From positions 1-54,856 of the forward strand of contig JAGNSM010000001.1 of assembly GCA_017988045.1 (NCBI GenBank): DNA of 54,856 bases. The letters are read 5' to 3'. The stretch comes from Fusobacteriaceae bacterium. GTDB taxonomy: Bacteria > Fusobacteriota > Fusobacteriia > Fusobacteriales > Fusobacteriaceae. Shown piece after piece: positions 34,300 to 44,117 of the stretch. The notes under the pieces were generated by a model. That model saw only the letters and a program-made list of their open reading frames with translations. It was not told the DNA's origin and made no database searches. The stretch's first letter is position 1. The number at the start of each line of letters is the position of its first letter. A program made the position numbers and the translations under genes.

Positions 34300-36195
34300 C
34301 TATTTTCTTTTTTCAATTTCTAAATGCATTAACAAAACAGTAATATCTGCAGGGGTTATACCTGAAATTCTAGATGCTTGTCCTATATTAAGAGGTTTTA
34401 TTTTATCCAATTTTTGCTTTGCTTCTGCTGTTATTCCTGTCATTTTAAAATAATCAAACTCAACCGGTATTATCTTATTTTCCAGTGATTTATGCTTTTC
34501 TATCATTCTCAATGATCTTTTTATATAACCATCATATTTAACCTGAACTTCTGCTTGATATTTAGTATCATAATCATATTTTGAAAAATCGACATCTTCA
34601 AGTTCTTCAGTTACATAAATCAAGTCTTCATAGTTCACTTCTGGTCTTCTAAGAAATTCTGTTAAAGTTATTCCATTTTTTAAAACTGGCTCACCAATTC
34701 TCTCTAAAATTTCCAAAACTCTTTTGTTAGAACTTCCTACTCTTATAGTATCACACATATTTTTGATTTCTTCAACATCTGCTGCTTTTTTTTCTACTAT
34801 TTCAAATTCTTCCTTAGAAATTAAGCCAATTCTATAACCAATATGAGATAATCTTAAATCTGCATTATCTTCACGAAGAAGTAATCTATATTCACTTCTT
34901 GCAGTAAACATTCTGTAGGGTTCGTTTGTTCCTTTTGTTACCAAATCATCTATCAACGTTCCTATATACGAATCTGCTCTATCTAAAATAATAGCTTCTT
35001 CTTTTCTGTTTTTTAATGCAGCATTTATTCCAGCCATAAATCCTTGTACTGCTGCTTCTTCATATCCTGAAGTTCCATTTATTTGCCCTGCTAAAAATAA
35101 TCCATCTATCTTTTTAGTTTCCAAACTAAATTTTAGTTCACTAGGGTCAATATAATCATACTCTACAGCATAGGCATAACGCATAATTTTGGCATTTTCA
35201 AGTCCAACTAAGCCGTGAACCATTTCATATTGCAAATCTGCTGGGAAAGATGAAGAAAATCCGCCGATATAAACTTCATTGGTATCATATCCTTCTTTTT
35301 CCAAGAATAAATGATGTCTATCTTTATCTTGATATCTGAATACTTTATCTTCAATAGACGGGCAATATCTTGGCCCAGTCCCTGCAATACTTCCATTAAA
35401 CAAAGGTGATCTATCTTTATTATTTAAAATAATATCGTGAACTCCTTGATTAGTAAAAGTTATATAACAAGGAATTTGTTCTCTTGCACCTGCTTCTTCA
35501 TAAGTAGTTTTTCTACTAAATTTCAGAGGAATTGTATCTCCAGGTTGTGGCTCTACTTTAGTTAAATCAATAGATTTAAAATCTACTCTTGGAGGAGTTC
35601 CTGTTTTAAACCTTCCCAATTTCAATCCTATTTTTTCCAGTGACAAAGGTAACTCTTCAGAAGAAAGTTCTCCCATTCTTCCACCCTTAATCTGTTTGTC
35701 TCCAATATGCATAAGTCCATTCATAAAAGTCCCTGTTGCTACAACAACAGACTTAGTTCTAAACTCAACACCTTCTTTTGTTTTTAATCCAACAATTTTA
35801 TTATCTTCTACCAGAATATCTGTTACCATCCCTTGAATTACATCAAGATTTTCAGTATTCTCTAAAGTTTTTTTCATTTCTTTATGATAAAGTTTTTTAT
35901 CTGCTTGAGCCCTTAATGATCTTACTGCTGGACCTTTTTTAGTGTTTAAAACTCTTATTTGAATAAACGTTTTATCTATATTTCTTCCCATTTCTCCGCC
36001 TAGAGCATCTAACTCTTTAACTAAATGAGATTTCGCTGGTCCTCCAATAGAGGGATTACAAGACATAACTCCTATATTATCTAAAGTAATTGTTAATATC
36101 GCAGTTTTTTGTCCCATTCTCGCTGATGCTAAAGCTGCTTCGCAACCTGCATGACCTGCTCCTATTACCATTACATCATATTTTTCAATATGCAT
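34300..36195 (-). CDS. mnmG: tRNA uridine 5-carboxymethylaminomethyl modification enzyme MnmG (GidA)
   Basis: 631 aa. [48 protein letters not shown]. Confidence 0.95.
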   Translation of the reverse strand: MHIEKYDVMVIGAGHAGCEAALASARMGQKTAILTITLDNIGVMSCNPSIGGPAKSHLVKELDALGGEMGRNIDKTFIQIRVLNTKKGPAVRSLRAQADKKLYHKEMKKTLENTENLDVIQGMVTDILVEDNKIVGLKTKEGVEFRTKSVVVATGTFMNGLMHIGDKQIKGGRMGELSSEELPLSLEKIGLKLGRFKTGTPPRVDFKSIDLTKVEPQPGDTIPLKFSRKTTYEEAGAREQIPCYITFTNQGVHDIILNNKDRSPLFNGSIAGTGPRYCPSIEDKVFRYQDKDRHHLFLEKEGYDTNEVYIGGFSSSFPADLQYEMVHGLVGLENAKIMRYAYAVEYDYIDPSELKFSLETKKIDGLFLAGQINGTSGYEEAAVQGFMAGINAALKNRKEEAIILDRADSYIGTLIDDLVTKGTNEPYRMFTARSEYRLLLREDNADLRLSHIGYRIGLISKEEFEIVEKKAADVEEIKNMCDTIRVGSSNKRVLEILERIGEPVLKNGITLTEFLRRPEVNYEDLIYVTEELEDVDFSKYDYDTKYQAEVQVKYDGYIKRSLRMIEKHKSLENKIIPVEFDYFKMTGITAEAKQKLDKIKPLNIGQASRISGITPADITVLLMHLEIEKRK

Positions 36196-36209
36196 TTTAC
36201 CTCCTTAAT

Positions 36210-36869
36210 CTACTTTAACCTTTCTAATTCCCTTGCAGTTTTTGCATCTGTAGCAATAATTAAAGTATCTCCTTCTTCAATTATTGAATCTGCATTGGGA
36301 CTAACATCCTCGTATCCATTTGCTTTTCTTATTGCTATAATATTTGCTCTATATTTTTTTCTAAGTTCTATCTCTATAAGATTTTTATTAATAAAGTTAA
36401 GTGGTGCTTTAATTTCAACAATTAAGAAATTATCTGAAAATTTAAGATGTTCAATAATATTAGGAGTCATCTCTGCATGAGCAACTCTAATTCCCATAAA
36501 GCTTTCTGGATAGACTATCTCATCAGCACCAATCTTATTAAGAACCTTCCCATGTGGAGCAGATACAGCTTTTGTTATAACCCTTTTAACTCCTAACTCT
36601 TTAAGAGTTAGTGTTATAAGTATACTCGCCTGAATATTACTCCCTATACAAACAAATGCAACATCAAAATTATTTATTCCCAAATCTCTTAAAGCTTTTT
36701 CATCTGTTGCATCACAACAAACTCCATTATCTATAATATCATTATCTATTACTTCTTGAACAAGGTCGCCGTCGGTGTCTATGGCAAGTACACTTTCTCC
36801 ACCATTATATAGAGTCTGTGCTATACTTGTTCCAAATCTACCTAACCCTATAACTAAAAACTGCTTCAT
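36210..36869 (-). CDS. trkA: TrkA/KtrA family potassium uptake protein (RCK domain)
   Basis: 219 aa. Rossmann motif VIGLGRFGTSIA plus a C-terminal RCK_C-like domain. Confidence 0.85.
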   Translation of the reverse strand: MKQFLVIGLGRFGTSIAQTLYNGGESVLAIDTDGDLVQEVIDNDIIDNGVCCDATDEKALRDLGINNFDVAFVCIGSNIQASILITLTLKELGVKRVITKAVSAPHGKVLNKIGADEIVYPESFMGIRVAHAEMTPNIIEHLKFSDNFLIVEIKAPLNFINKNLIEIELRKKYRANIIAIRKANGYEDVSPNADSIIEEGDTLIIATDAKTARELERLK

Positions 36870-36877
36870 TATTCCTC

Positions 36878-38218
36878 CTACCCAATTGCTATATTTTCTT
36901 CAGGATATTTAATTTTACTTGATTTTTTTCTAGTCTCACCTAAAACTAACGCTAAAGTTAGTGGTCCAACTCTACCTAAATACATTGTAAATATTATTAA
37001 TATTTCAGACATTGTACTTAATTTTCCTGTTATTCCTGTAGACAACCCTACTGTTGCAAAGGCTGAAACTACTTCAAATAAAACTTCTATAAAACTCATA
37101 TCTTCAATAATCAATATCAATAATGTAATAAATGTAACATACAGAATTGCAATAACCAATAAGGCTAAAGCTTTATTTAATAGATTCCAAGAAATCTTTC
37201 TATTTCCTATTCTTACTTCATTTTCGTCTCTAATAATACCAATAGTATAAAAGAGTATAACTCCAAAAGTTGTGGTCTTAATACCTCCACCTGTAGAACC
37301 TGGTGAAGCTCCGATGAACATCAAAATCACAAAAACCAAAAGTGTTTCTTGATTTAATTTTCCAATTGGTAAAGAGTTAAAGCCTGCTGTTCTTGTTGTA
37401 ATACTTTGAAAAAATGAATTACTAATTTTTTCCATAAAAGTCAAATTTCCTAAAGTTCCTGTATTATTATATTCTAAAACAAAAAACAAAACAGCTCCAA
37501 CTATTATTAACCAAGCTGTTATTTTAACCGCTACTTTAGATGTTAAATCAAATTTTTTAACTTTTGTTTTAAAAAATATAATGTATGTATTTATTACTGC
37601 AAAACCTATCCCACCTAATACTATTAAACTTTCTATAATCAGAAGGACATAGTGATTACTTTTGTATCCCTCTAAGTTATCTGACCACAATCCAAAACCT
37701 GCATTACAAAATGCAGAAACAGCATGAAAAACAGAAAAATACAATGCTTTTCCAAAACTATATTGTTGTATAAAAGCAAAAAATAGAAGTAATGCACCAA
37801 CGCCTTCTATCCCAATAACAATGTATACAACTCTTCTTATAAATTTAACAATTCCATCTAAACTATCTCTATTAAGTCCTTCTTGTAAGACTTTCCTATC
37901 TTCATAAGTAATCTTTCTTCCAATAAAGAGCATCACTACTGATGAAAATGTCATTACGCCTAGTCCGCCTAGTTGTATAAGTAGCATTATAACTGTAGTT
38001 CCAAAATAATTATAATATTTAGTTACATCAACAACTGACAAGCCTGTTACTGCTACAGCTGAGGTAGAAGTAAAAAGAGCTGTAAGAACTGAATTATCTA
38101 CTCCTTCTTTTACTGCTATAGGTAAACTTAATAAGAATGTTCCTATGGTTATCAAAACCACAAAAGATAATAACAGCACCCTTGGTGGAGTCAAATATCT
38201 TTTTTTCCTTTTTTCCAT
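36878..38218 (-). CDS. trkH: TrkH/KtrB family potassium transporter
   Basis: 446 aa polytopic protein with repeated selectivity-filter-like motifs (TAVAVTGLS, NAGFG, TRTAGFNS, ATVGLSTG). Confidence 0.85.
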   Translation of the reverse strand: MEKRKKRYLTPPRVLLLSFVVLITIGTFLLSLPIAVKEGVDNSVLTALFTSTSAVAVTGLSVVDVTKYYNYFGTTVIMLLIQLGGLGVMTFSSVVMLFIGRKITYEDRKVLQEGLNRDSLDGIVKFIRRVVYIVIGIEGVGALLLFFAFIQQYSFGKALYFSVFHAVSAFCNAGFGLWSDNLEGYKSNHYVLLIIESLIVLGGIGFAVINTYIIFFKTKVKKFDLTSKVAVKITAWLIIVGAVLFFVLEYNNTGTLGNLTFMEKISNSFFQSITTRTAGFNSLPIGKLNQETLLVFVILMFIGASPGSTGGGIKTTTFGVILFYTIGIIRDENEVRIGNRKISWNLLNKALALLVIAILYVTFITLLILIIEDMSFIEVLFEVVSAFATVGLSTGITGKLSTMSEILIIFTMYLGRVGPLTLALVLGETRKKSSKIKYPEENIAIG

Positions 38219-38371
38219 ATAACCTCCAAAAGTCCTAAATCCTATCTATTATACATTATTTCAGCTTCTGTTGCAAGATTATACTAATAAAATATGGCAT
38301 TTATCCTTTTGACTATTTTTAACAAATATGCTAAACTCTACTGTATAGTAAATTTTATTGAGGTGAAAAAA

Positions 38372-39505
38372 TTGGTTCGTAAACTTAAAAAAACAGTTAG
38401 TAATATAAGCCCAATACTCATAAAAATGGCTGATGATGAATTTGTTATCAATTTTGGTTCTGAAACTGTCGCTATTATGGAAAGATATTATAAAGGTCTA
38501 GATTTATTGGCTAATGATACTTTAGAAGAGGCTGAGCTTATATTTAAAAATTTGGTAAATGAAGTAAGAGGATATTATGATAGTATTGTTGCTCTTATAA
38601 ACATTTTCTCTGAAAGAGGAGATTTTCCAAATATTTCAAAAATATACAATGTAGGTACAAAAGATTTAAAACTTATTTTGGGTCAACTTCCAGAAAATGG
38701 TAAAATTCCTTTTACATATGCATCTAATAAAGGATTTTTAAAATTTCTCTATAAGTTAGGTGTAAAACACCTTAATACTTCTAGAATAAACGATGCTATT
38801 ACTAATTTTAAACTTTTACTTTCATTAAATCCTCATGATGAATTTGATGTTTTAGAAGTTCTTTTACAAGCTTTATTTGAAAAAGAAGAATACGAGGAAA
38901 TATTAACTTTAACATCTCATATAGATGATATCAAAAATCCTAGTATTATTTACAATAGAATTTTAGCATTGCTAAAACTTGAAAAAAGAGATGAAGCTCT
39001 TTCTATAATTAGAGAACTTAAAGAAGAAAATCTTATGGTATTTAAAGATTTAGACTTTAATAAAGATTATGCAATGGATATATCTGAATATATTTCATTA
39101 AGTGTTATTGATGATAAATCCCAATATTACTGGAATAATTTTTATAGATACTGGATTGATGAGAATAACTCTTTAGAGTTTCTAAAAGCTAATATTAAAA
39201 ATACTGATAATTTAGCTAAAAATTATATTGACCCTCTTGAAACTTTTAAACATTATTTAGAAGAGCAAGATTTAAAAGAAGCTACAATAAAATCTCATAT
39301 AGATAATCTTTTAATTTTCAAAGATTTCTTAAATGATTTTGAGAAAATAGAAGAAAAGATGAAAGAACTTAAATTAACTAGTGCTAAGTCAAGTTTTGGA
39401 AAGTATTTTACAACATTAAATAAATATTATTCTTTTAATTCAAAAAATAATTCTTTTAATTTCAAAGAAAAATTAAAAGAGCTTAAAATCAAGTGTGATA
39501 TGTAA
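38372..39505 (+). CDS. Hypothetical helical-repeat (TPR-like) protein
   Basis: The ORF is open from ATG 38294. TTG 38372 has a well-spaced RBS (GAGGTG). The body is helical and repeat-like. The C-terminal segment ETFKHYLEEQDLKEATIKSHIDNLLIFKDFLN loosely resembles the SAM-like core-binding domain of tyrosine recombinases. No family recognised. Confidence 0.35.
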   Translation: MVRKLKKTVSNISPILIKMADDEFVINFGSETVAIMERYYKGLDLLANDTLEEAELIFKNLVNEVRGYYDSIVALINIFSERGDFPNISKIYNVGTKDLKLILGQLPENGKIPFTYASNKGFLKFLYKLGVKHLNTSRINDAITNFKLLLSLNPHDEFDVLEVLLQALFEKEEYEEILTLTSHIDDIKNPSIIYNRILALLKLEKRDEALSIIRELKEENLMVFKDLDFNKDYAMDISEYISLSVIDDKSQYYWNNFYRYWIDENNSLEFLKANIKNTDNLAKNYIDPLETFKHYLEEQDLKEATIKSHIDNLLIFKDFLNDFEKIEEKMKELKLTSAKSSFGKYFTTLNKYYSFNSKNNSFNFKEKLKELKIKCDM

Positions 39506-39532
39506 ACGAGTTTATACAACTCGTTTTTTTAT
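39504..39532 (+). terminator. Rho-independent terminator
   Basis: Stem AACGAGTT (39505-39512) pairs with AACTCGTT (39518-39525), followed by T7. Confidence 0.65.
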
Positions 39533-39578
39533 TTTAAAATAGTAACTCAAATATTTAAAATACTAGTACTACTAAAAA

Positions 39579-40514
39579 TTACAGGTTATATTTAAAATAT
39601 AACCTGTTGTATATATGATTAACAAATTTCCATGGCATGTCATCAATTTCTGTACTATTAAAATTCAATGAATAATTAACCGTTATATTTTTATGCGTAA
39701 CGGAAGCTCCTATTATATTTTTTAGCATAACTACATTAAAATCTTTTGTTATAGGGCTACTTTCTGAATATAAAGAACCTTTTAATGTAGCATCGTAAAC
39801 AGTAAGTTGAAGTTGAGGTTCATAATAGAAATAATAATTCCACTCGTTTTCTCCTTCTTCATATAAACTACTATTTCCCATCAAAAATATTTTTCCATAT
39901 TTTATATTAGTAAAAACATTTCCTAATTCATATTCCAGATGATTACTCAAACTAACAATTGCTTTATCCTCTTTTTTATTATACTGCTCCTTTATAGAAG
40001 AATTGTAGTATTGAATTCCCCATATTTCTTCTATTTGTTCATCCCAACCATCAGCATTCTCTTCCCCTATAATTTGATGAATCCCATTTTGAACAATCTC
40101 TCCAAGAGCATTTGGTCCTGTAAGTCCAAGTTGAAATCCATATTTTTTTATAGAATTTATTTTTATTTTTTCCTTTTCATATCCAAAATAAAGCCATGCA
40201 GCATAAGGTCTATTGTATTTCTCTTCGCTTCCACCTGTAATATCTGAAGGAGTATAAAATTTTTGTCCAAAGAAAAAATTATAATAATTCTCATTATCCA
40301 AAGTGCTCATATGTCTATATTTTAGTTCAACTCCACTTGTGTAATATTCATCTGTAATAAATAAATCATTGTCATGATAGAATTCAAAACTATCATTTCC
40401 AAAAATATTAAAAGTTAACAGCAAAAAAAATACTATCATTCCTTTTTGATTTAGTAAGTTATAACATAATTTTATTGTGTATAAAACATTCCTAGTTTTT
40501 TTCAAAATAATCAC
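39579..40514 (-). CDS. LpxR-family (DUF2219) outer-membrane lipid A deacylase-like protein
   Basis: Pattern recalled from the LpxR family: HDNDLF..DEYYTSG, GQKFYTPSD, NRPYAAWLYFG, GLTGPNALGEIVQNGIHQIIG, DGWDEQI. The start is uncertain (GTG 40514, TTG 40505 or ATG 40439). A hydrophobic signal-like segment MIVFFLLLTFNIFG is present. Confidence 0.55.
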   Translation of the reverse strand: MIILKKTRNVLYTIKLCYNLLNQKGMIVFFLLLTFNIFGNDSFEFYHDNDLFITDEYYTSGVELKYRHMSTLDNENYYNFFFGQKFYTPSDITGGSEEKYNRPYAAWLYFGYEKEKIKINSIKKYGFQLGLTGPNALGEIVQNGIHQIIGEENADGWDEQIEEIWGIQYYNSSIKEQYNKKEDKAIVSLSNHLEYELGNVFTNIKYGKIFLMGNSSLYEEGENEWNYYFYYEPQLQLTVYDATLKGSLYSESSPITKDFNVVMLKNIIGASVTHKNITVNYSLNFNSTEIDDMPWKFVNHIYNRLYFKYNL

Positions 40515-40570
40515 CTTTTTTATTATACTTTATTTTTATAAAAAAATAAATCTCAAATTGAAATTATAAA

Positions 40571-40599
40571 AATAAAACCGACAAATCACTGTCGGTTTA
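40571..40599 (-). terminator. Rho-independent terminator after the mini-ORF
   Basis: Stem AACCGACA (40576-40583) pairs with TGTCGGTT (40590-40597). T-rich on the minus strand downstream. Confidence 0.5.
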
Positions 40600-40625
40600 T
40601 TACATATTTCTAAATTGATTTCTAA

Positions 40626-40700
40626 TTATTCAGTTATATCTCCATTTAACATAAGTACATAAGTACTTAAAAATTTCCATGCTCTCTTTATCGTTTTCAT
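40626..40700 (-). CDS. Candidate 24-aa small protein (MKTIKRAWKFLSTYVLMLNGDITE)
   Basis: Not in the ORF track. ATG 40700 is preceded by GAGGTGAG with about 4-nt spacing. It has its own promoter-like element upstream and a terminator downstream. There is no homology evidence. Confidence 0.3.
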   Translation of the reverse strand: MKTIKRAWKFLSTYVLMLNGDITE

Positions 40701-40718
40701 AAACTCACCTCTACCTTT

Positions 40719-40747
40719 ATTTTATCGAAAAGCTCTATTTTTTGCAA
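40719..40747 (-). promoter_or_regulatory. Putative sigma-70 promoter for the mini-ORF
   Basis: Minus strand: TTGCAA (40742-40747), 17-nt spacer, TAAAAT (40719-40724). It starts immediately after the pepF stop. Confidence 0.35.
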
Positions 40748-40748
40748 G

Positions 40749-42551
40749 TTAATTTAATTCTTTTTCTAATATATCTACTAAATTTGAAAGTTTTGCTGCA
40801 ACTGCCTCAATAGTAGATTTATCTGTCAAATCTGCTCCAGCTTTTTTTAATTGCTCTATTGGGTCTGCATTCCCACCAGATTTCAGTAATTCAATAAAAT
40901 TATTCACTTTCTCTATTCTTTCTAAGCCTTCTAATTCAATAACCTCTTTATAAATTTTTGATGAAGCTGCATAAGATGTGGCATATTGATAAACATAGAA
41001 TGGACTGTGATAAAAATGTGGTATTCTTGCCCACACAGAATGTTTATTGCCTTCCAAACTTATATCTATTCCATAATAATCTTTATATAACTCTTCCATA
41101 ATTTTATTAAGAACATCAGCTGTTATTGCTCCACCCTTTTCAGCTAACTGGTGTACTTGTAATTCATAGTCTGCGAAAAGTGTTTGTCTATAATAAGTCG
41201 CAATAAGTCCATCAATAGCTTGTTGAAGAATATAAATTTTCTCATTTTTGTCGCTGGTAGTTTTAAGCAGTAAATCTAAAAGCAGATGTTCATTAAAGGT
41301 AGAAGCCACTTCTGCTACAAATATTGTATAATTATGAGTAGCATATGGCTGATTTCTATTAGAATAATAACTATGCATAGAATGCCCCAATTCATGAGCC
41401 AATGTAAAAACATCATTTAACTCATTTGTATAATTAAGCATTATATAAGGTCTAGTTCCAAAAGTCCCCCACGAATACGCTCCACCTCTTTTCCCTTCAT
41501 TTTCATAAACATCTATAACTCCTTGAGCCATAACATATTCACATTCTTTCGCGTAAGCTTCTCCCATTACTTTAAATGCTTCACGTACAAGCTCTATTCC
41601 TTCTTCATAATTATATTGCTTTTCCGATTTAGCTAATGGTAAAAATCTGTCAAAAGTAAAATAATTTTCTAATCCTAACTTTTCTTTTCTCAATTTTATA
41701 TATCTTTTTAAAGGTTCTGTGGAATTTCTTGTTGTTTTTACCAAATTTTCATAAACTTCATTTGGAATATTATCTCCTTTTAGGAAACTTTCCAAGATGT
41801 TTTCATAATTTCTAGCTTTTGCTGTTGCCAAACCTCTTTGAACTATTGCATTATATATACTTGCAAAAGAATTTTCTTTTTTCTTGTACAAATCAAACAA
41901 AGAATTAAAAACAAGTTTTCTATCATTTTGATTTTCTATTTTCTTCAACAAACTAGAAATGTTTTCTCCTGTAACTAAAACTTTTTCATTATTTGATAAA
42001 ATTACTTCTGGATAAATTACATCAGCAGTTGTAAGATTACTATAGATTTCATCTAAAGAGCCGTTAACTTGAGTAAAATATGACAGTAATTCTTCTTTAT
42101 CCTTGCTCAATGTATGTTCTTCTTCTCTAAACAGTTTCATTATCGGATACGAATAATCATGTAAATAATCACTTGTATTCAAATACTCTTCTACCTTTTC
42201 CTTACCGATTGACAATATTTCGGGATTTATATAACTCGTTACTATAGAAAACTCATTTGCTAAAATATTTATTTCTTGAACTTTTTTAGAGCTTTCTTTG
42301 TCTTTCATATCAATATGGTTCGTTGCCATTGTATAAAAATAGATATTTTCAAATATTTTAGATATTTCTTCTAAACTAGAAAAAAGTTGTTTAAAATTCT
42401 CAGCTGAATCTCCTATTTTCCCCTCAAAAGATTTTATTTCTTTCAATTTTTCTTCTACCACTTTTATACTTTTATCTACTTCATCCCAGTTTTTAAAAAT
42501 ACTACTAAAATCCCATTTATATTTTTTATCAATTTCTTGTCTGTTTTTCAT
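40749..42551 (-). CDS. pepF: Oligoendopeptidase F (M3B metallopeptidase)
   Basis: 600 aa. Zinc motif TLAHELGHSMH and overall PepF-like layout. RBS AGGAGG. Confidence 0.9.
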   Translation of the reverse strand: MKNRQEIDKKYKWDFSSIFKNWDEVDKSIKVVEEKLKEIKSFEGKIGDSAENFKQLFSSLEEISKIFENIYFYTMATNHIDMKDKESSKKVQEINILANEFSIVTSYINPEILSIGKEKVEEYLNTSDYLHDYSYPIMKLFREEEHTLSKDKEELLSYFTQVNGSLDEIYSNLTTADVIYPEVILSNNEKVLVTGENISSLLKKIENQNDRKLVFNSLFDLYKKKENSFASIYNAIVQRGLATAKARNYENILESFLKGDNIPNEVYENLVKTTRNSTEPLKRYIKLRKEKLGLENYFTFDRFLPLAKSEKQYNYEEGIELVREAFKVMGEAYAKECEYVMAQGVIDVYENEGKRGGAYSWGTFGTRPYIMLNYTNELNDVFTLAHELGHSMHSYYSNRNQPYATHNYTIFVAEVASTFNEHLLLDLLLKTTSDKNEKIYILQQAIDGLIATYYRQTLFADYELQVHQLAEKGGAITADVLNKIMEELYKDYYGIDISLEGNKHSVWARIPHFYHSPFYVYQYATSYAASSKIYKEVIELEGLERIEKVNNFIELLKSGGNADPIEQLKKAGADLTDKSTIEAVAAKLSNLVDILEKELN

Positions 42552-42613
42552 TTTATTGTCCTCCTAAAACTTATATTCTGTAATTTATTATACCTCAATT
42601 TTTTCAAAATTGA

Positions 42614-42643
42614 TAATAAAAAACCGAAGATTTCTCTTCGGTT
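42614..42643 (-). terminator. Rho-independent terminator of gapN
   Basis: Stem ACCGAAGA (42623-42630) pairs with TCTTCGGT (42635-42642). A T-run follows on the minus strand. Confidence 0.65.
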
Positions 42644-42647
42644 AAAC

Positions 42648-44117
42648 CTAATATTTACTATTAAAATTTACTACTATCGCTTTTGGTCTAGACATAGCTT
42701 CTATACTATATCTAATTCCTTGTGTACCCATTCCACTTGATTTAACTCCTAAAAATGGAAAATGATCTGGACCTCTTTGAGTTTTGTTATTTATATGTAC
42801 TGTTCCAACTTCTAATTTTTGAGCAACAGAAAATGCTTTATCTATGTTGCTTGTAAATACTGCTGATTGTAACCCGTATTCTGATTTATTAGAAATTTCT
42901 ATAGCCTCTTCAGCTGATTTTACTCTAATAATAGGTAATATTGGACCAAATGGTTCTTCCCAAGCTATTCTCATATCTAAAGTTACATTATCAAATAAAG
43001 TTGGATAAATTAAATTCTTCTCTCTTTTGTTTCCTAGAACAAGTGTCGCACCTTTTTCTATTGCATCATCTACAAGACTTTGAACAAAATCAGCTGATTT
43101 ATTATCTATAAGTGGAGTAACTGTTACACCTTCATCAAATGGCATTCCAACTTTCACTTTTTCTAATTCTTTTTTTACTAAAGCTGTAAGTTCATCTGCA
43201 ACATTTTCCATTACCAAAACTCTTTTTACTGCAGTACATCTTTGCCCACTATAAGAAAAAGCTCCACTTACAATATTTTTTGCTGTATCTTCAAGGTCTG
43301 CATCATCTAAAACTATTGCGGCATCTTTTCCACCTAGCTCCATAATCATAGGAATCATTCCTGCTATTGAAGCAATGTGTCTTCCAACTTCTGAACTTCC
43401 TGTGAAGTTTACCATATCTACTTCTTTATGAGTAATTAAGTAATCTCCTATTTCAGAGCCTCTACCTGTAACTGTATTTATAACGCCTTCCGGTATTCCA
43501 GCTGCTCTGAATACTTCTATTAGGTATAAAGCTGATATTGCCCCTTGTGTAGGTGGTTTAAATAACACTGTATTTCCTGCCATTAAAGCTGGTGCTATCT
43601 TACTTGCAGACAAATTTATTGGATAATTAAATGGTGCTATTGACAAGACAACACCTAGCGGCTCTCTTGTAACAATAGACATTTTATTTTTAGCTGAACC
43701 TTCAAAGGCATCTCCATAAAGAGTTTCTCCTCTTAATCTTTTAGCTTCTTCTGCTGTATATTTAATAAAATCTGCTGTTCTTACTACTTCAGAATAGCTT
43801 GATTTATAATCTTTTGAAATCTCTCTTGCCAAAATATTTGCTATTGTATCAGCATTCTCAACTAACAAATCTGCTGCTTTATGTAATATATCTGCTCTCT
43901 CTGACAAATTACTATTTTTCCAAGTTTTAAAAGCTGTTCTAGCTCCTGTAAAAGCTAAATCTACTTCATTCTTAGTCATTGATTGAATATCCCCTATATA
44001 TGAATTATCGTGAGGAGCATCTACCTTAATTAGATTGTTTGAATTAGAAGTTACCCACTTACCATTCAATAAATTTTTATAAGTATTTCCGTCTTTCATT
44101 TCATTAAAATTTACCAT
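42648..44117 (-). CDS. gapN: Non-phosphorylating NADP-dependent glyceraldehyde-3-phosphate dehydrogenase (ALDH family)
   Basis: 489 aa. Closely collinear with streptococcal GapN as I remember it (FNYPINLSASKIAPAL, MELGGKD, YSGQRCTAVKRVLV, EEPFGPILPIIRV, GTVHINNKTQRGPDHFPFLG). Confidence 0.88.
   Translation of the reverse strand: MVNFNEMKDGNTYKNLLNGKWVTSNSNNLIKVDAPHDNSYIGDIQSMTKNEVDLAFTGARTAFKTWKNSNLSERADILHKAADLLVENADTIANILAREISKDYKSSYSEVVRTADFIKYTAEEAKRLRGETLYGDAFEGSAKNKMSIVTREPLGVVLSIAPFNYPINLSASKIAPALMAGNTVLFKPPTQGAISALYLIEVFRAAGIPEGVINTVTGRGSEIGDYLITHKEVDMVNFTGSSEVGRHIASIAGMIPMIMELGGKDAAIVLDDADLEDTAKNIVSGAFSYSGQRCTAVKRVLVMENVADELTALVKKELEKVKVGMPFDEGVTVTPLIDNKSADFVQSLVDDAIEKGATLVLGNKREKNLIYPTLFDNVTLDMRIAWEEPFGPILPIIRVKSAEEAIEISNKSEYGLQSAVFTSNIDKAFSVAQKLEVGTVHINNKTQRGPDHFPFLGVKSSGMGTQGIRYSIEAMSRPKAIVVNFNSKY

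Noticed and set aside
35208-35396. 62-aa ORF in an alternative minus-strand frame inside mnmG
   Set aside because: It lies fully within the strongly conserved mnmG coding region and has no start signals.
33532-38293. Possible replication origin near mnmG-rsmG, or near dnaN
   Set aside because: No dnaA gene is present. I saw no cluster of TTATCCACA-type DnaA boxes in any intergenic region, only a single imperfect TTATCCAT at the polA start (about 10824).
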